Shown one piece after another: positions 7,620 through 16,816 of a stretch of 64,000 nucleotides of DNA (position 1 is its first letter; every line of letters begins with the position of its first letter). The notes under the pieces were generated by a model. That model made no database searches. It saw nothing but the letters and a program-made list of their open reading frames with translations, and was not told the origin of the DNA. The stretch is from positions 29,204 to 93,203 of the forward strand of contig JBAYKW010000005.1 in assembly GCA_041664365.1 (NCBI GenBank). Direction: 5' to 3'. A program made the translations under genes and the position numbers. This DNA comes from Patescibacteria group bacterium. Its GTDB lineage: Bacteria; Patescibacteriota; Patescibacteriia; UM-FILTER-42-10.

Positions 7620-7655
7620 TCCCTCCCGAACCAATGGTTCCCTGCAGGGATTTTT

Positions 7656-8123
7656 TTATTGCAAAGATTTTAAATCATTTAACACCTCTTCCGCGTGCAC
7701 CGGGGGTTTTACTTTTTCGTAAATTTTTACTATTTTGCCTTGAGGATTTATTAAGAACGAAGTTCTGGCTATTCCCATAAACTCCTTGCCCAGAAATTTT
7801 TTCTTCTGCCAGACACCATACGCCTTCAGCATTTCCATTTTATCATCCGAAAGCAAGGTAAAAGGTAACTTATATTTTGCTTTAAATTTTTCGTGGCTTT
7901 CAATGCTGTCCTTGCTGACACCCAAAACTTCCGCTTTCAGTCTGGAAAATTTTGGAAATGAATCGCGGAGTGTGCATGCTTCAATTGTGCAACCGGGAGT
8001 ATTATCTCTCGGATAAAAATAAATCAAAATCCATTTGCCTTTATAATCAGAAAGCTTATGGATATCTCCACTCTGATCCGGCAGTGAAAATTCCGGTGCT
8101 TTTTTGTTTAATAAATCTTTCAT
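7656..8123 (-). CDS. bcp: Peroxiredoxin Bcp (thiol peroxidase, AhpC/TSA family)
   Basis: APEFSLPDQSGD...KWILIYFYPRDNTPGCTIEAC carries the peroxidatic Cys motif. Confidence 0.85.
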   Translation of the reverse strand: MKDLLNKKAPEFSLPDQSGDIHKLSDYKGKWILIYFYPRDNTPGCTIEACTLRDSFPKFSRLKAEVLGVSKDSIESHEKFKAKYKLPFTLLSDDKMEMLKAYGVWQKKKFLGKEFMGIARTSFLINPQGKIVKIYEKVKPPVHAEEVLNDLKSLQ

Positions 8124-8132
8124 ATTGAAATG

Positions 8133-8528
8133 TTATTTTATAAATTTGAAATGTTTTAAAGCCGGAATAATATTTGGTGCGATATTTTTCGGCAAATCAT
8201 TTATATCAAACCATTTCCACTCTCTAATATCTGCACCCGGCGCAATTTCGCCGATCCTATTCGCCAGGTAATGCACCAATTTTACATCACAAACCCCGTC
8301 AGCAGTTTCCTTGACATCATAAGTGATAAAGGCTTGTGGATTGTTAATTTCAACATCAATTCCCATTTCCTCTTTTGCTTCCCTCTTGGCAGTTTCTATC
8401 AGATCCTTATCACTTACCTGCATCTTTCCACCACAAACCTTCCAGAAATCAGTATCGCCATGCTGATTTAAAAGTATTTTGTTATTTTCAACAATTACTG
8501 CTCCGGAAACAATTATTACTTTGTTCAT
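8133..8528 (-). CDS. Nudix hydrolase
   Basis: Nudix box GGKMQVSDKDLIETAKREAKEEMGI. Confidence 0.8.
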   Translation of the reverse strand: MNKVIIVSGAVIVENNKILLNQHGDTDFWKVCGGKMQVSDKDLIETAKREAKEEMGIDVEINNPQAFITYDVKETADGVCDVKLVHYLANRIGEIAPGADIREWKWFDINDLPKNIAPNIIPALKHFKFIK

Positions 8529-8539
8529 AGTATTATAAG

Positions 8540-9448
8540 CTATCCTGATATCACTGATAATTTTCCCGGTATCATTTCTATTTCAAATTTTTTCATTAAC
8601 GGTAACAGTTCTCCGTCTAACTGCGCCTGCAGATTATGTCGTGATTCAATTGTAACTTTTTTTGCGGTATATGTGTGAACTTCAGGAAGTTTTAAATGTG
8701 TTCCTTTCATAATTTTTGGAATATTCCTTAAAGCATAAAATCTTCCCATTTTATCAATCTGACATACTGTGAATAAACCATCATCAATTTCTGCCGATGG
8801 CGCCACTCTAAAACCACCGCCATATTGTGTTCCGTTACATGTAGCAACTAATAATATTTTCTTTTCTAGAACAATATCGTTATCCAAAACTATTCTGGCT
8901 TCTCTGAATCTATACGTCACCAGTGTTCTAAGAACTGCTGCTAAATAACCGGGGTAACCAGGAAAGTATTTCAGATACTTTCTGACCCGTGCAGCCGCTT
9001 CACCGTCAAACCCTACGCCCATTCCATTAACAAAAATATATTCCTCGTTAACCTTACCTAAATCAACTTTCCGGATATGGCCGCGAATCAAGGTATCAAG
9101 TGCTTTATGCAGATTTTTTGATATCCCCACCATCGGGGCAAAATCATTGCCGGATCCGGTCGGCAGTATTCCCAGCACCGCGGGTGTATCATAAATCCCA
9201 GCAGCCACTTCACTGATCGTACCGTCACCTCCCACCGCCACTACAACTTCATATTCCTTTGCCGCTTCCCGTGCCAATTTTGTTGCTTCTTTAGGTTCTT
9301 TGGTCAGCACTTTCTCGTATTCCAGATTGTGCTTTCGGCAAAATACCTGCACCTCCGTAATAAATGATAGCTTTTTACCTTTCCCCGCTTCCGGGTTCAC
9401 AATAAAATAGAATTTTTTATACATTTGTTTTTCCGTATAATTTTTCAA
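8540..9448 (-). CDS. Diacylglycerol kinase-family lipid kinase (YegS/DagK-like)
   Basis: VVVAVGGDGTISEV matches the DAGK catalytic GGDGT motif. Confidence 0.8.
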   Translation of the reverse strand: MKNYTEKQMYKKFYFIVNPEAGKGKKLSFITEVQVFCRKHNLEYEKVLTKEPKEATKLAREAAKEYEVVVAVGGDGTISEVAAGIYDTPAVLGILPTGSGNDFAPMVGISKNLHKALDTLIRGHIRKVDLGKVNEEYIFVNGMGVGFDGEAAARVRKYLKYFPGYPGYLAAVLRTLVTYRFREARIVLDNDIVLEKKILLVATCNGTQYGGGFRVAPSAEIDDGLFTVCQIDKMGRFYALRNIPKIMKGTHLKLPEVHTYTAKKVTIESRHNLQAQLDGELLPLMKKFEIEMIPGKLSVISG

Positions 9449-10082
9449 ACTGATCTAATGTTAAAGCATTATTGCAGGAATATTCTCCAACTCTGCTTCG
9501 CTTCAAATATTTCAAATAGCCACCGCCTACTCCCAGTTTTTCGCCGATATTTTTCCCGAGCGATCTGATATAAACACCCGGCCCAGTAATAGCTTTAATA
9601 GTCAGCATTGGCCAGTCATAGTGTACGATATCGATCTTTTTTATTTCAACGTCACGGGCCTCTAACTCAACCGGTTTTCCTTTTCTGGCAAATTTATATG
9701 CTTCCTTGCCGTTGACCTTAACCGCGCTGTAGATTGGCGGGATTTGTTTTATCTTGCCGACAAATAATTTTATCGCTTCCTTAACTTCCGCATGCGTCGG
9801 AATAGATTTTACCGCTATCGATGTTTTTTCTCCCTCCGCATCATCAGTTGTACTTGTTACCCCTAGCATAATGGTTGTGATATATTCTTTTTCCTTTTGT
9901 ACCTCAGTACTCAGTTTTTTAGTCGCTTCCCTTCCAATACCAACCACCAGGACCCCCTCCGCTAATGGGTCCAGGGTGCCGGCGTGTCCGATTCTTTTTT
10001 CTCCGGTAATCTTTCTGAGCCTGTAAACAACATCATGCGAAGTCGGACCTTTTTCTTTATAAATTGCAAATATTCCGTTCAT
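9417..10082 (-). CDS. truB: tRNA pseudouridine(55) synthase
   Basis: GIFAIYKEKGPTSHDVV...GHAGTLDPLAEGVLVVGIG matches the TruB catalytic Asp motif. Confidence 0.85.
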   Translation of the reverse strand: MNGIFAIYKEKGPTSHDVVYRLRKITGEKRIGHAGTLDPLAEGVLVVGIGREATKKLSTEVQKEKEYITTIMLGVTSTTDDAEGEKTSIAVKSIPTHAEVKEAIKLFVGKIKQIPPIYSAVKVNGKEAYKFARKGKPVELEARDVEIKKIDIVHYDWPMLTIKAITGPGVYIRSLGKNIGEKLGVGGGYLKYLKRSRVGEYSCNNALTLDQFEKLYGKTNV

Positions 10083-10522
10083 GTAATTTGAGTGTATAAA
10101 CCAACAAGTTGCGCTTTTTCCAGTATATGCCCCTTCATTGCCTTTTCTAATTCCTTCTTACCATGCGATTTGTCCAGGTCAATTAATGTATCCAGAGCAT
10201 AAATTTTAAAAAAATACCGATGAGTGCCCGATGGCGGACATGGTCCTCCGTATTTATTATCTCCTCTGGTGTTCTTTCCTTCGACAGCACCTTCCATTAC
10301 ACAATCTTCAGCAATATCAAATGTATTACTATCAATATTCCAAACAACCCAATGGACCCAAGTTGCGCCTGGAGCATCCGGATCATCATTGATTAACGCT
10401 AAACTTTTTGTACTGGGCGGAACTTCACTAATTCTAAGCGGTGGACTGATATTATCCCCGTTGCAGGTATATTTAGACGGGATCATTTCATTATCCAGAA
10501 ATACGGGACTGGTAATTTTCAT
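10079..10522 (-). CDS. YbhB/YbcL-family Raf kinase inhibitor-like protein (PEBP)
   Basis: DPDAPGATWVHWVVWNI, CPPSGTHRYFFKIYALD. Confidence 0.75.
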   Translation of the reverse strand: MKITSPVFLDNEMIPSKYTCNGDNISPPLRISEVPPSTKSLALINDDPDAPGATWVHWVVWNIDSNTFDIAEDCVMEGAVEGKNTRGDNKYGGPCPPSGTHRYFFKIYALDTLIDLDKSHGKKELEKAMKGHILEKAQLVGLYTQIT

Positions 10523-10536
10523 AAATCCCCACCTTT

Positions 10537-11217
10537 CTAAATTACGTCCTTAAGTGTTATATTTTTGTACTGACCTTCTTTCAGGTTTCCCAGTTCCAAT
10601 TTTCCAATGCGTACTCTTTTTAATTTTGTTACACCATAGCCCATCTTTTCACACATTCTCCGAACCTGCCTTTTCTTACCTTCAATAATTACGATAGAAA
10701 ATTTTCTGACATCAGTCTGCTTAATCTTGGCAGGCAATGTTTTATATTTATTAATGTAAACTCCCGTGCTCATCATTTTCAGAAACTTCTCAGAAATATC
10801 CCTGGTTACTTCTACCTGATATTCCTTTTCTACTTTATTCTGGCCTCTTAATATTTTATTTACGACTTCTCCGTCATTGGTCAGTAAAATCAGACCGGAA
10901 CTGATCACATCCAGCCTTCCGATAGTATAGACTCTTTCGGGATACCCTACCGCGTCAATTATATTATCTTTGGCTTTCGGATCACTGGTACAGATTACCC
11001 CGACCGGTTTGTTAAAAGCCAGATAAATCTTTTCCGCGGTATCTGTTTTGACACGCTCTCCGTCAACAACAACGTCATCACCCGGCAATACTTTATCTCC
11101 GAGTTTTGCCTTTCTATTATTAATCTCTACCCTTCCCTGCTCAATCAAACGATCTGCTTCACGACGCGAACAGTAGTTGGCTTGAGTCAGGTATTTATTG
11201 ATTCTTGTTTCTTCCAT
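10537..11217 (-). CDS. Pseudouridine synthase, RsuA/RluB family, with an S4 RNA-binding domain
   Basis: N-terminal S4 domain (RINKYLTQANYCSRREADRLIEQGRV). Catalytic region ...YTIGRLDVISSGLILLTNDGE. Confidence 0.8.
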   Translation of the reverse strand: MEETRINKYLTQANYCSRREADRLIEQGRVEINNRKAKLGDKVLPGDDVVVDGERVKTDTAEKIYLAFNKPVGVICTSDPKAKDNIIDAVGYPERVYTIGRLDVISSGLILLTNDGEVVNKILRGQNKVEKEYQVEVTRDISEKFLKMMSTGVYINKYKTLPAKIKQTDVRKFSIVIIEGKKRQVRRMCEKMGYGVTKLKRVRIGKLELGNLKEGQYKNITLKDVI

Positions 11218-11317
11218 AGGAGTATCATAGCATGAGCGGTAATTATTAGAAAATAGCCTTTAAAATCCAAAAAACTGCTACACAATTGTAACAGTTTTTT
11301 TATATATACCATCAGAG

Positions 11318-11369
11318 CTTGAAAGACGACCCACACCCACATACCCGCAGTAGCGAGCCGTCTTTCAAG
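11318..11369 (-). other. GC-rich hairpin (11-bp stem, 30-nt loop) downstream of the Cys-rich protein gene
   Basis: CTTGAAAGACG ... CGTCTTTCAAG. Confidence 0.4.
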
Positions 11370-11396
11370 CATGTTTTAATACAACTTTCATCACAA

Positions 11397-11879
11397 TTAG
11401 CTTACCGGGTTGTCCATAGCGAATTTTGGTGGACAACATGTACTATTGGTAACTGGCAGACCACTATAACATAGCTTTACATCACCAAAAGTGCAATTCA
11501 CTGCAACACTATCATCTACATCTAGCGCCCCAATTGGATTGTCCATCATCTTTGGCGGGCAACATTTACTATTTGTAACTGCTAGACCGCTATAACATAA
11601 CTTTACATCGCTAAAACTGCAAACCTTTGCAACACTATCATCAATATCTAATGCCCCAATTGGATCTTCCATTTGGTACTTCGGCGGGCAACATCTACTG
11701 TTAGGATGACTACCTCCCGCGGCAACACATGCCTTTACTTCCGACATAGTGCAATTGCGAGCAGATGAATCATCGTTTGAGGCTTGTGCCGTATCAACGG
11801 AAAATGCCAATACTGACGCGCCAACGCCCACGATAAGTGCCAATAATATGCCACTTAAAAAATATTTCATAATTTTCAC
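11397..11879 (-). CDS. Secreted cysteine-rich protein with three tandem roughly 36-aa repeats
   Basis: Signal peptide. Three repeats of NCTxxxVKxCxxxGxxxxNSxCCPPKxxMxDPIGALDxDDSVA. Confidence 0.6.
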   Translation of the reverse strand: MKIMKYFLSGILLALIVGVGASVLAFSVDTAQASNDDSSARNCTMSEVKACVAAGGSHPNSRCCPPKYQMEDPIGALDIDDSVAKVCSFSDVKLCYSGLAVTNSKCCPPKMMDNPIGALDVDDSVAVNCTFGDVKLCYSGLPVTNSTCCPPKFAMDNPVS

Positions 11880-11997
11880 CCCCTTTCTTGTTTAAGATAA
11901 TTATCGAGTTCAAAATTTGAACCCTTGAGAAAATGGCGAAGGAGAATGTTAGTCTCCCCCTTCGCCGCTGATTCAAGGAATCAATGAGCAAACTCCG

Positions 11998-14886
11998 CTA
12001 CTTCAGAAGAAGCATCTTGCGCGTAATCGACCGCCCCTCCGCTTCCAGGCGGTAGAAATACGTGCCAGAGGCAACTCGTTGCCCGGAGTCGTCCGTGCCA
12101 TTCCAGACGATCTGGTGCTGACCGGAAACAACCGTTCCGTCGACAAGCGTTGCAACCAGTCCGCCACGGACGTTGAAAACCTTCAGAGAGACATGGTCTT
12201 CGCGCGTCGTGGCAAAGCGGATCGCGGTCTGTGGATTGAACGGGTTCGGGAAGTTCGTTGCCAGTGAAGTCTGGTTCGGAACTTCGTCCCCAACTCCGAC
12301 CGGAACCATGACCGGACCAAGTCTGGTCAGCGGATCCCCGATCTTCATCATGGTGTTCAGTTGCCTGATCACCCACGGCCGGTTGGCGTACAGTACCGCC
12401 ATCTCTTCTTCGGCGAGCGCAATGCTCTCGAAGATTGGCCGCATCGGATCCTCAAGAATCTTGGCCGTGACGTGGTAGCCGATAACCTTGTTCGAGGAAA
12501 GCAGCGAACCACAGCTCGGCCCGTAGAATCCCACCGCACCGGCTTCATGGAACATCATGTCTTCCACCACTGGTGTGTGGTAGTAGGCTGCGTCATCCGT
12601 CGGAGCGATAGCAGCAGTACCACAGGTCGCGCCGATGAAAAACGGATGATGATTCATGAACGGCCAAACCAGGTCCATGCTCCACACGTAGTCGCCAAGC
12701 TCGCGCTTGGAGTACATGTTGCCGGGATAGTGCGGGCCGGACTGGCTTGCGAACATGATGTTGAGGTTGGTGTGTCCGCCCATGTTCCCGTTCCATTGAT
12801 CTGCACAGATCGAGTTGCGCAGTTCGGGGTTCCGGTACACGGATTCCTTCACTTCGGAAGTCCAGTTCCCATGCGATTGGAGCAGGGTACGGACAGTGTC
12901 CGCAGAAGCTGCGGCAACCGCACCGTCTCCAGGAGCTATGTGATCCATATCGCCGACAAACAACCCGACTCCGGACGAAGTCCAAGGAGTCCAGTAATCA
13001 GTCGACTCCTGTGCCACCAGCGAAGCCGCAGCAATCTGCAACAGCTCGGTAACCGCAAGGCGCGTTACCACCGTTCCAGGCAGCTCGTATGGCTGATCAG
13101 TGCGGTAGTAAGGCCACCACCATGCAAGATTCCGCCCCCGAGGGAGGTCATCCCGCACGGTAAAGCCAGGAATTACCACATGATCCAGTTGTGGCTGGTA
13201 GCGGTACAGCATCTGCAGCCGGATCGAAGCCCAAGGCCCAGTCCAGTACTCAGACCACCGCGTACCAAGGAAGTAGTGGTAGTCGTTGTCATCTGCACAA
13301 ATGAAGTGGTACCGGGCTCCCTCTGCCGTATGGAGTGCGATGCGCGACTGCAAGTACGCAATCTGCGCGTCTTCCTCCTCCGGCGTCTGCGGATACCCGG
13401 GAACAACATCCACCAGAACAGTGTAGCCGAACAGGCGACGGTAAGCTGCGTATTGTTCCACAGCGGCCGCGAATGGCGCTACTGTGTAGCAAACCAGCGT
13501 TTCCCCGTCACCGATGTTCATCGGAAGTACCGGTACGATCTCCCCACGGTCACGCGCCGCCTGCTGGTCTGCGATCGCCTGCTCGAAGTAATCGAGTGTG
13601 CGAGGCAGTGCCTGCATTGCGGGACGAGCCAGTGGAACTGTCGGTTGCGCGTAGCCGTGGACGATGATGTTCGGCGGAATGGCGTCTCCGTTGTTATTCT
13701 CCTCCCGTTCGCAGAGACGGAACCATTCGTGACCACTGGCAAGCGCATCGCTGATATCCAGCTGGTACTCCGTGAAACCGGGCCCCTGCTCGATACCGAC
13801 GATTTCCCACGGACCATCCGTGGTAGCCGCCGACTCGACGTAGTATGCTTCAGTCCTATATTCGGATCCAACCAGCCACTTGGCGGTCTGGCCTTCAACC
13901 GAAAAATGGACGTCCGCAGCGCCGTTGGTGCCGACGAAGAATCCCCACATATCAGTCAAATGGACAATGGGAATTCCGTTGCCACTTGTGAAGTTCCCGG
14001 TAACCCAACCGGTGCCATTACCAGTAGCACAGAGTCTCGCACGGTAGGTGTGATCATCTGCCCAGGAACCTGAGCAAACTTGCACGAGCCCATCACCCGT
14101 GGGAGTTCCTGTCATGGCGCCCGTGAAGGTCCATTCAACATCAAGTCCTTCTGCAGGCACGATCAGTCCGAACTCAGGAGATTCTACGACTTCCGGTGCC
14201 AAAATCGTCGCACCTTCACCAGCTACCACAATTGAGCCGTCTCGGGAACTTGTGACAGTTGAACCACTGCCCATCGATTCCCAAAAAGTCTGTGCGTAGT
14301 TGGCGTTAGATGCGGCGAATCCGCAGAATACCCTCCGGCTTCCCCAGGAGCTTTCCCAGGTACTGGAACCACATGCCCAGTTGAAGACGAAGGTGTTGTT
14401 CGAAGTGAACTTGCTACTGATTGCTGTGCTTTTCAAGGCAATACAATAGCTTTCGGCGGTCGTGACTCTCTCAATACTGGCACTTGTCCAGCCATGAGCA
14501 AGATAGAAATCCCAGTTGTTGTCACGAACCGCCATGCTGTTCCGGTCGTACGGTTCAACGCTGATCGCACCATAGGTCCAGCCGTCGACTCCACTACCAT
14601 GGCCGTGCGTCTGGATCCACCAGACTCCATAGCTGTTGTCAAGCAGGTAGTAGAAGTCGTCCATGCCGAAGGAAGGCGCCGTGGTTCCCGGGCTAAGATG
14701 GGCCGCTTCAGTAACAACATAACCCTTGCTGGTCAATGCCGTTACATAGGCCACGCCATCATCCGTACCCCAGGTGTCCTCGTAGAATTGAGCGAGAACC
14801 CCGGTGTTTGTACCCGGAGTATCCGGAGATCCGTACCCCACGCTTGCAGCGAGGAGCAAGATCATGGTGAGCAAGAATCGCTTCAT
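11998..14886 (-). CDS. Large secreted caspase-fold (C25/gingipain-like) peptidase with a T9SS-type C-terminal sorting domain (high-GC gene)
   Basis: Signal peptide. THGHGSGVDGW and FNWACGSS form a candidate His/Cys dyad. The C-terminus FPNPFNPQTAIRF...SGTYFYRLEA...RKMLLLK is a Por-secretion-tail-like domain. The start is preceded by GGGAGGAG. About 62% GC. Confidence 0.6.
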   Translation of the reverse strand: MKRFLLTMILLLAASVGYGSPDTPGTNTGVLAQFYEDTWGTDDGVAYVTALTSKGYVVTEAAHLSPGTTAPSFGMDDFYYLLDNSYGVWWIQTHGHGSGVDGWTYGAISVEPYDRNSMAVRDNNWDFYLAHGWTSASIERVTTAESYCIALKSTAISSKFTSNNTFVFNWACGSSTWESSWGSRRVFCGFAASNANYAQTFWESMGSGSTVTSSRDGSIVVAGEGATILAPEVVESPEFGLIVPAEGLDVEWTFTGAMTGTPTGDGLVQVCSGSWADDHTYRARLCATGNGTGWVTGNFTSGNGIPIVHLTDMWGFFVGTNGAADVHFSVEGQTAKWLVGSEYRTEAYYVESAATTDGPWEIVGIEQGPGFTEYQLDISDALASGHEWFRLCEREENNNGDAIPPNIIVHGYAQPTVPLARPAMQALPRTLDYFEQAIADQQAARDRGEIVPVLPMNIGDGETLVCYTVAPFAAAVEQYAAYRRLFGYTVLVDVVPGYPQTPEEEDAQIAYLQSRIALHTAEGARYHFICADDNDYHYFLGTRWSEYWTGPWASIRLQMLYRYQPQLDHVVIPGFTVRDDLPRGRNLAWWWPYYRTDQPYELPGTVVTRLAVTELLQIAAASLVAQESTDYWTPWTSSGVGLFVGDMDHIAPGDGAVAAASADTVRTLLQSHGNWTSEVKESVYRNPELRNSICADQWNGNMGGHTNLNIMFASQSGPHYPGNMYSKRELGDYVWSMDLVWPFMNHHPFFIGATCGTAAIAPTDDAAYYHTPVVEDMMFHEAGAVGFYGPSCGSLLSSNKVIGYHVTAKILEDPMRPIFESIALAEEEMAVLYANRPWVIRQLNTMMKIGDPLTRLGPVMVPVGVGDEVPNQTSLATNFPNPFNPQTAIRFATTREDHVSLKVFNVRGGLVATLVDGTVVSGQHQIVWNGTDDSGQRVASGTYFYRLEAEGRSITRKMLLLK

Positions 14887-14889
14887 GAC

Positions 14890-15588
14890 TTACTCCTCCC
14901 GCGGATTGGGGATGGCCATCGGTCGTTCGAGACTACGAACAGCATCCTCGTGCAACATCCCGCCGTTCCAACTGAATTGCTGGGCAGCGGAAATCTCGAG
15001 ACGAGCCTTGTTCTGCTGCTGCGGATCAATCGGACTGGGCGGAATTGCCTGCCGGACTGACGACGTCACAATGATGATACAACCCTTCTCGATGTACATC
15101 TTCAGGATGCTGAGTTGCGACTCCAGAATCTCGCGCTTGGTCGCGCGATGCGCCGTGTCAACAACGAGGTAGACCTGGGTATCCGGCTCGTCAGTCCAGA
15201 GGTACCCGAAGTTGTTGTCCGACATCTGGAACGCTTTGGCGATCTGTTGATCAGCGTTCATCATCGCTACGAGCTGAGGCGTAATCTCGGCATTCGAAGT
15301 TCCGAGACCCTGCAGTTCGATCTGCTTGTCAACGACACGATTGATCAGTTCCATTTTGTGGATCTGACCAGAGGTAGCAGTGACCACGTCCTTCGGCTTG
15401 TCCGAGATTTCGGGCCACACCTGCACTCCTTTCAGAGTGATGATCTGGCCGTCCGTGGACAGATCGTTGAGAGTGACCACACCCAGGTAGTTGCCATAGG
15501 CGTAAGCCTCGGCGACCGGCTGATCCTGTGCGCTGGCGCTGACCATGCTCGCAAGCACGACCAGCAGAGTGAGAACGAAGTACCGCAT
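14890..15588 (-). CDS. Hypothetical secreted protein (high-GC gene), co-directional with and adjacent to the peptidase
   Basis: Start at 15588 (MRYFVLTLLVVLASMVSASAQ signal peptide) preceded by GGGAGAG. The stop abuts the next gene's start. Confidence 0.5.
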   Translation of the reverse strand: MRYFVLTLLVVLASMVSASAQDQPVAEAYAYGNYLGVVTLNDLSTDGQIITLKGVQVWPEISDKPKDVVTATSGQIHKMELINRVVDKQIELQGLGTSNAEITPQLVAMMNADQQIAKAFQMSDNNFGYLWTDEPDTQVYLVVDTAHRATKREILESQLSILKMYIEKGCIIIVTSSVRQAIPPSPIDPQQQNKARLEISAAQQFSWNGGMLHEDAVRSLERPMAIPNPREE

Positions 15589-16068
15589 GGTACTCTCCCT
15601 TCCGGCGTGAAACGCCTTGTGGAAACATGTAGCAAGCAGAATGCTCACTACGCCGTTACTTATGCTTCTTCTAAGTTGTCAATATGCGTGGATACACCGA
15701 ATGCTTTCGATGCTCCGGTCAATTATCCAAACTAACTGACCGCAGAATCGAACCTATAAAAAAACTACCCTAAAATAGGTAGCCGGCAAATAAATACAAA
15801 AAATTGAACTTATTTTTGCTAGAATGTCGGTTACGCTACTGGCTCAAAGCTGTCCTGTCAACCGCACATATTAATGTTTGGGACCAAGCGTCCAATTACA
15901 GACAACTCTTCATCGCCACATTCCTCCTTTATTCAGTTGTGATTTTTTGTTTTTATTTTGGTTTGGTAGCTTAGTATATTGTATAAAAAATGTCAAGTCT
16001 CTGCAAATGGAATAAAAAAATAGGGGCGGAATAGCTTCCAAAAAACCCCTATGTTGCGCAACTTAGCG

Positions 16069-16500
16069 CTAAGAACTGGACGAAGTGTGTGCCCACAAAA
16101 TCCCGTTGATCGCGTCACGGACCGTGATCAGAGTGAAGGGCTTGGGCAGATATGCTACCGCACCGAAGCGTTCTTGGAAAGCCTTGCTCAGCGCGGCGGC
16201 TGACTTCTGACTGCCATTCTGACACATGATCACGAGTGGTGTGTGAACGGTGAGTCCGCAACGCTTCAGCTCGTGTGCAAGCCACCCCCCACCCCGAAAC
16301 TGCGGGTTGTCTTCCGGAGCAAAATACTCCGCGAGAATGATGTCGGGACCTTTTCCGTCCTCTTCGATCCAAGCCGTGACGCTCTTCAGTGCAAGCGTAG
16401 CATCCGAACTGCTACGGACATCGTGCCCTTCACACTCCAGGACTTCCACGATGAATGCCTGAGTCTCGCCATTGTGGTCGAAAACGAAGACTTTGCTCAT
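16069..16500 (-). CDS. Standalone receiver (REC) domain protein with Glu at the phospho-acceptor position (high-GC gene)
   Basis: KPF motif (AYLPKPFT). PDIILAEYFAP, where the usual phospho-accepting Asp is Glu. AGGAGG ribosome-binding site. Confidence 0.55.
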   Translation of the reverse strand: MSKVFVFDHNGETQAFIVEVLECEGHDVRSSSDATLALKSVTAWIEEDGKGPDIILAEYFAPEDNPQFRGGGWLAHELKRCGLTVHTPLVIMCQNGSQKSAAALSKAFQERFGAVAYLPKPFTLITVRDAINGILWAHTSSSS

Positions 16501-16816
16501 CGAACCTTACCTCCTGTGCCGGTTTCGCTATTACCCTCATGGCAAACCGCGCTCTTAGGTTAAAGAGCTAAGCGACCAATAACGGTTTCCAATCCTCGGG
16601 CTGGACACACTACTGTGTCCTCACAGAACACTATGGGACATACTTAATGTGCATACAAAAAATCGTCTCTATATGAGACGACGCAACCAAAACACCCCCT
16701 ATTGTGTCGGTTACGTCACTGACTCCGGGCTTCCCTTGACGTCCAGATTGGGATCACCTTTCATAGTCTCACATGAAATCACTATTCGATTTCTTCCGGG
16801 GATATTAGCATGTTCT

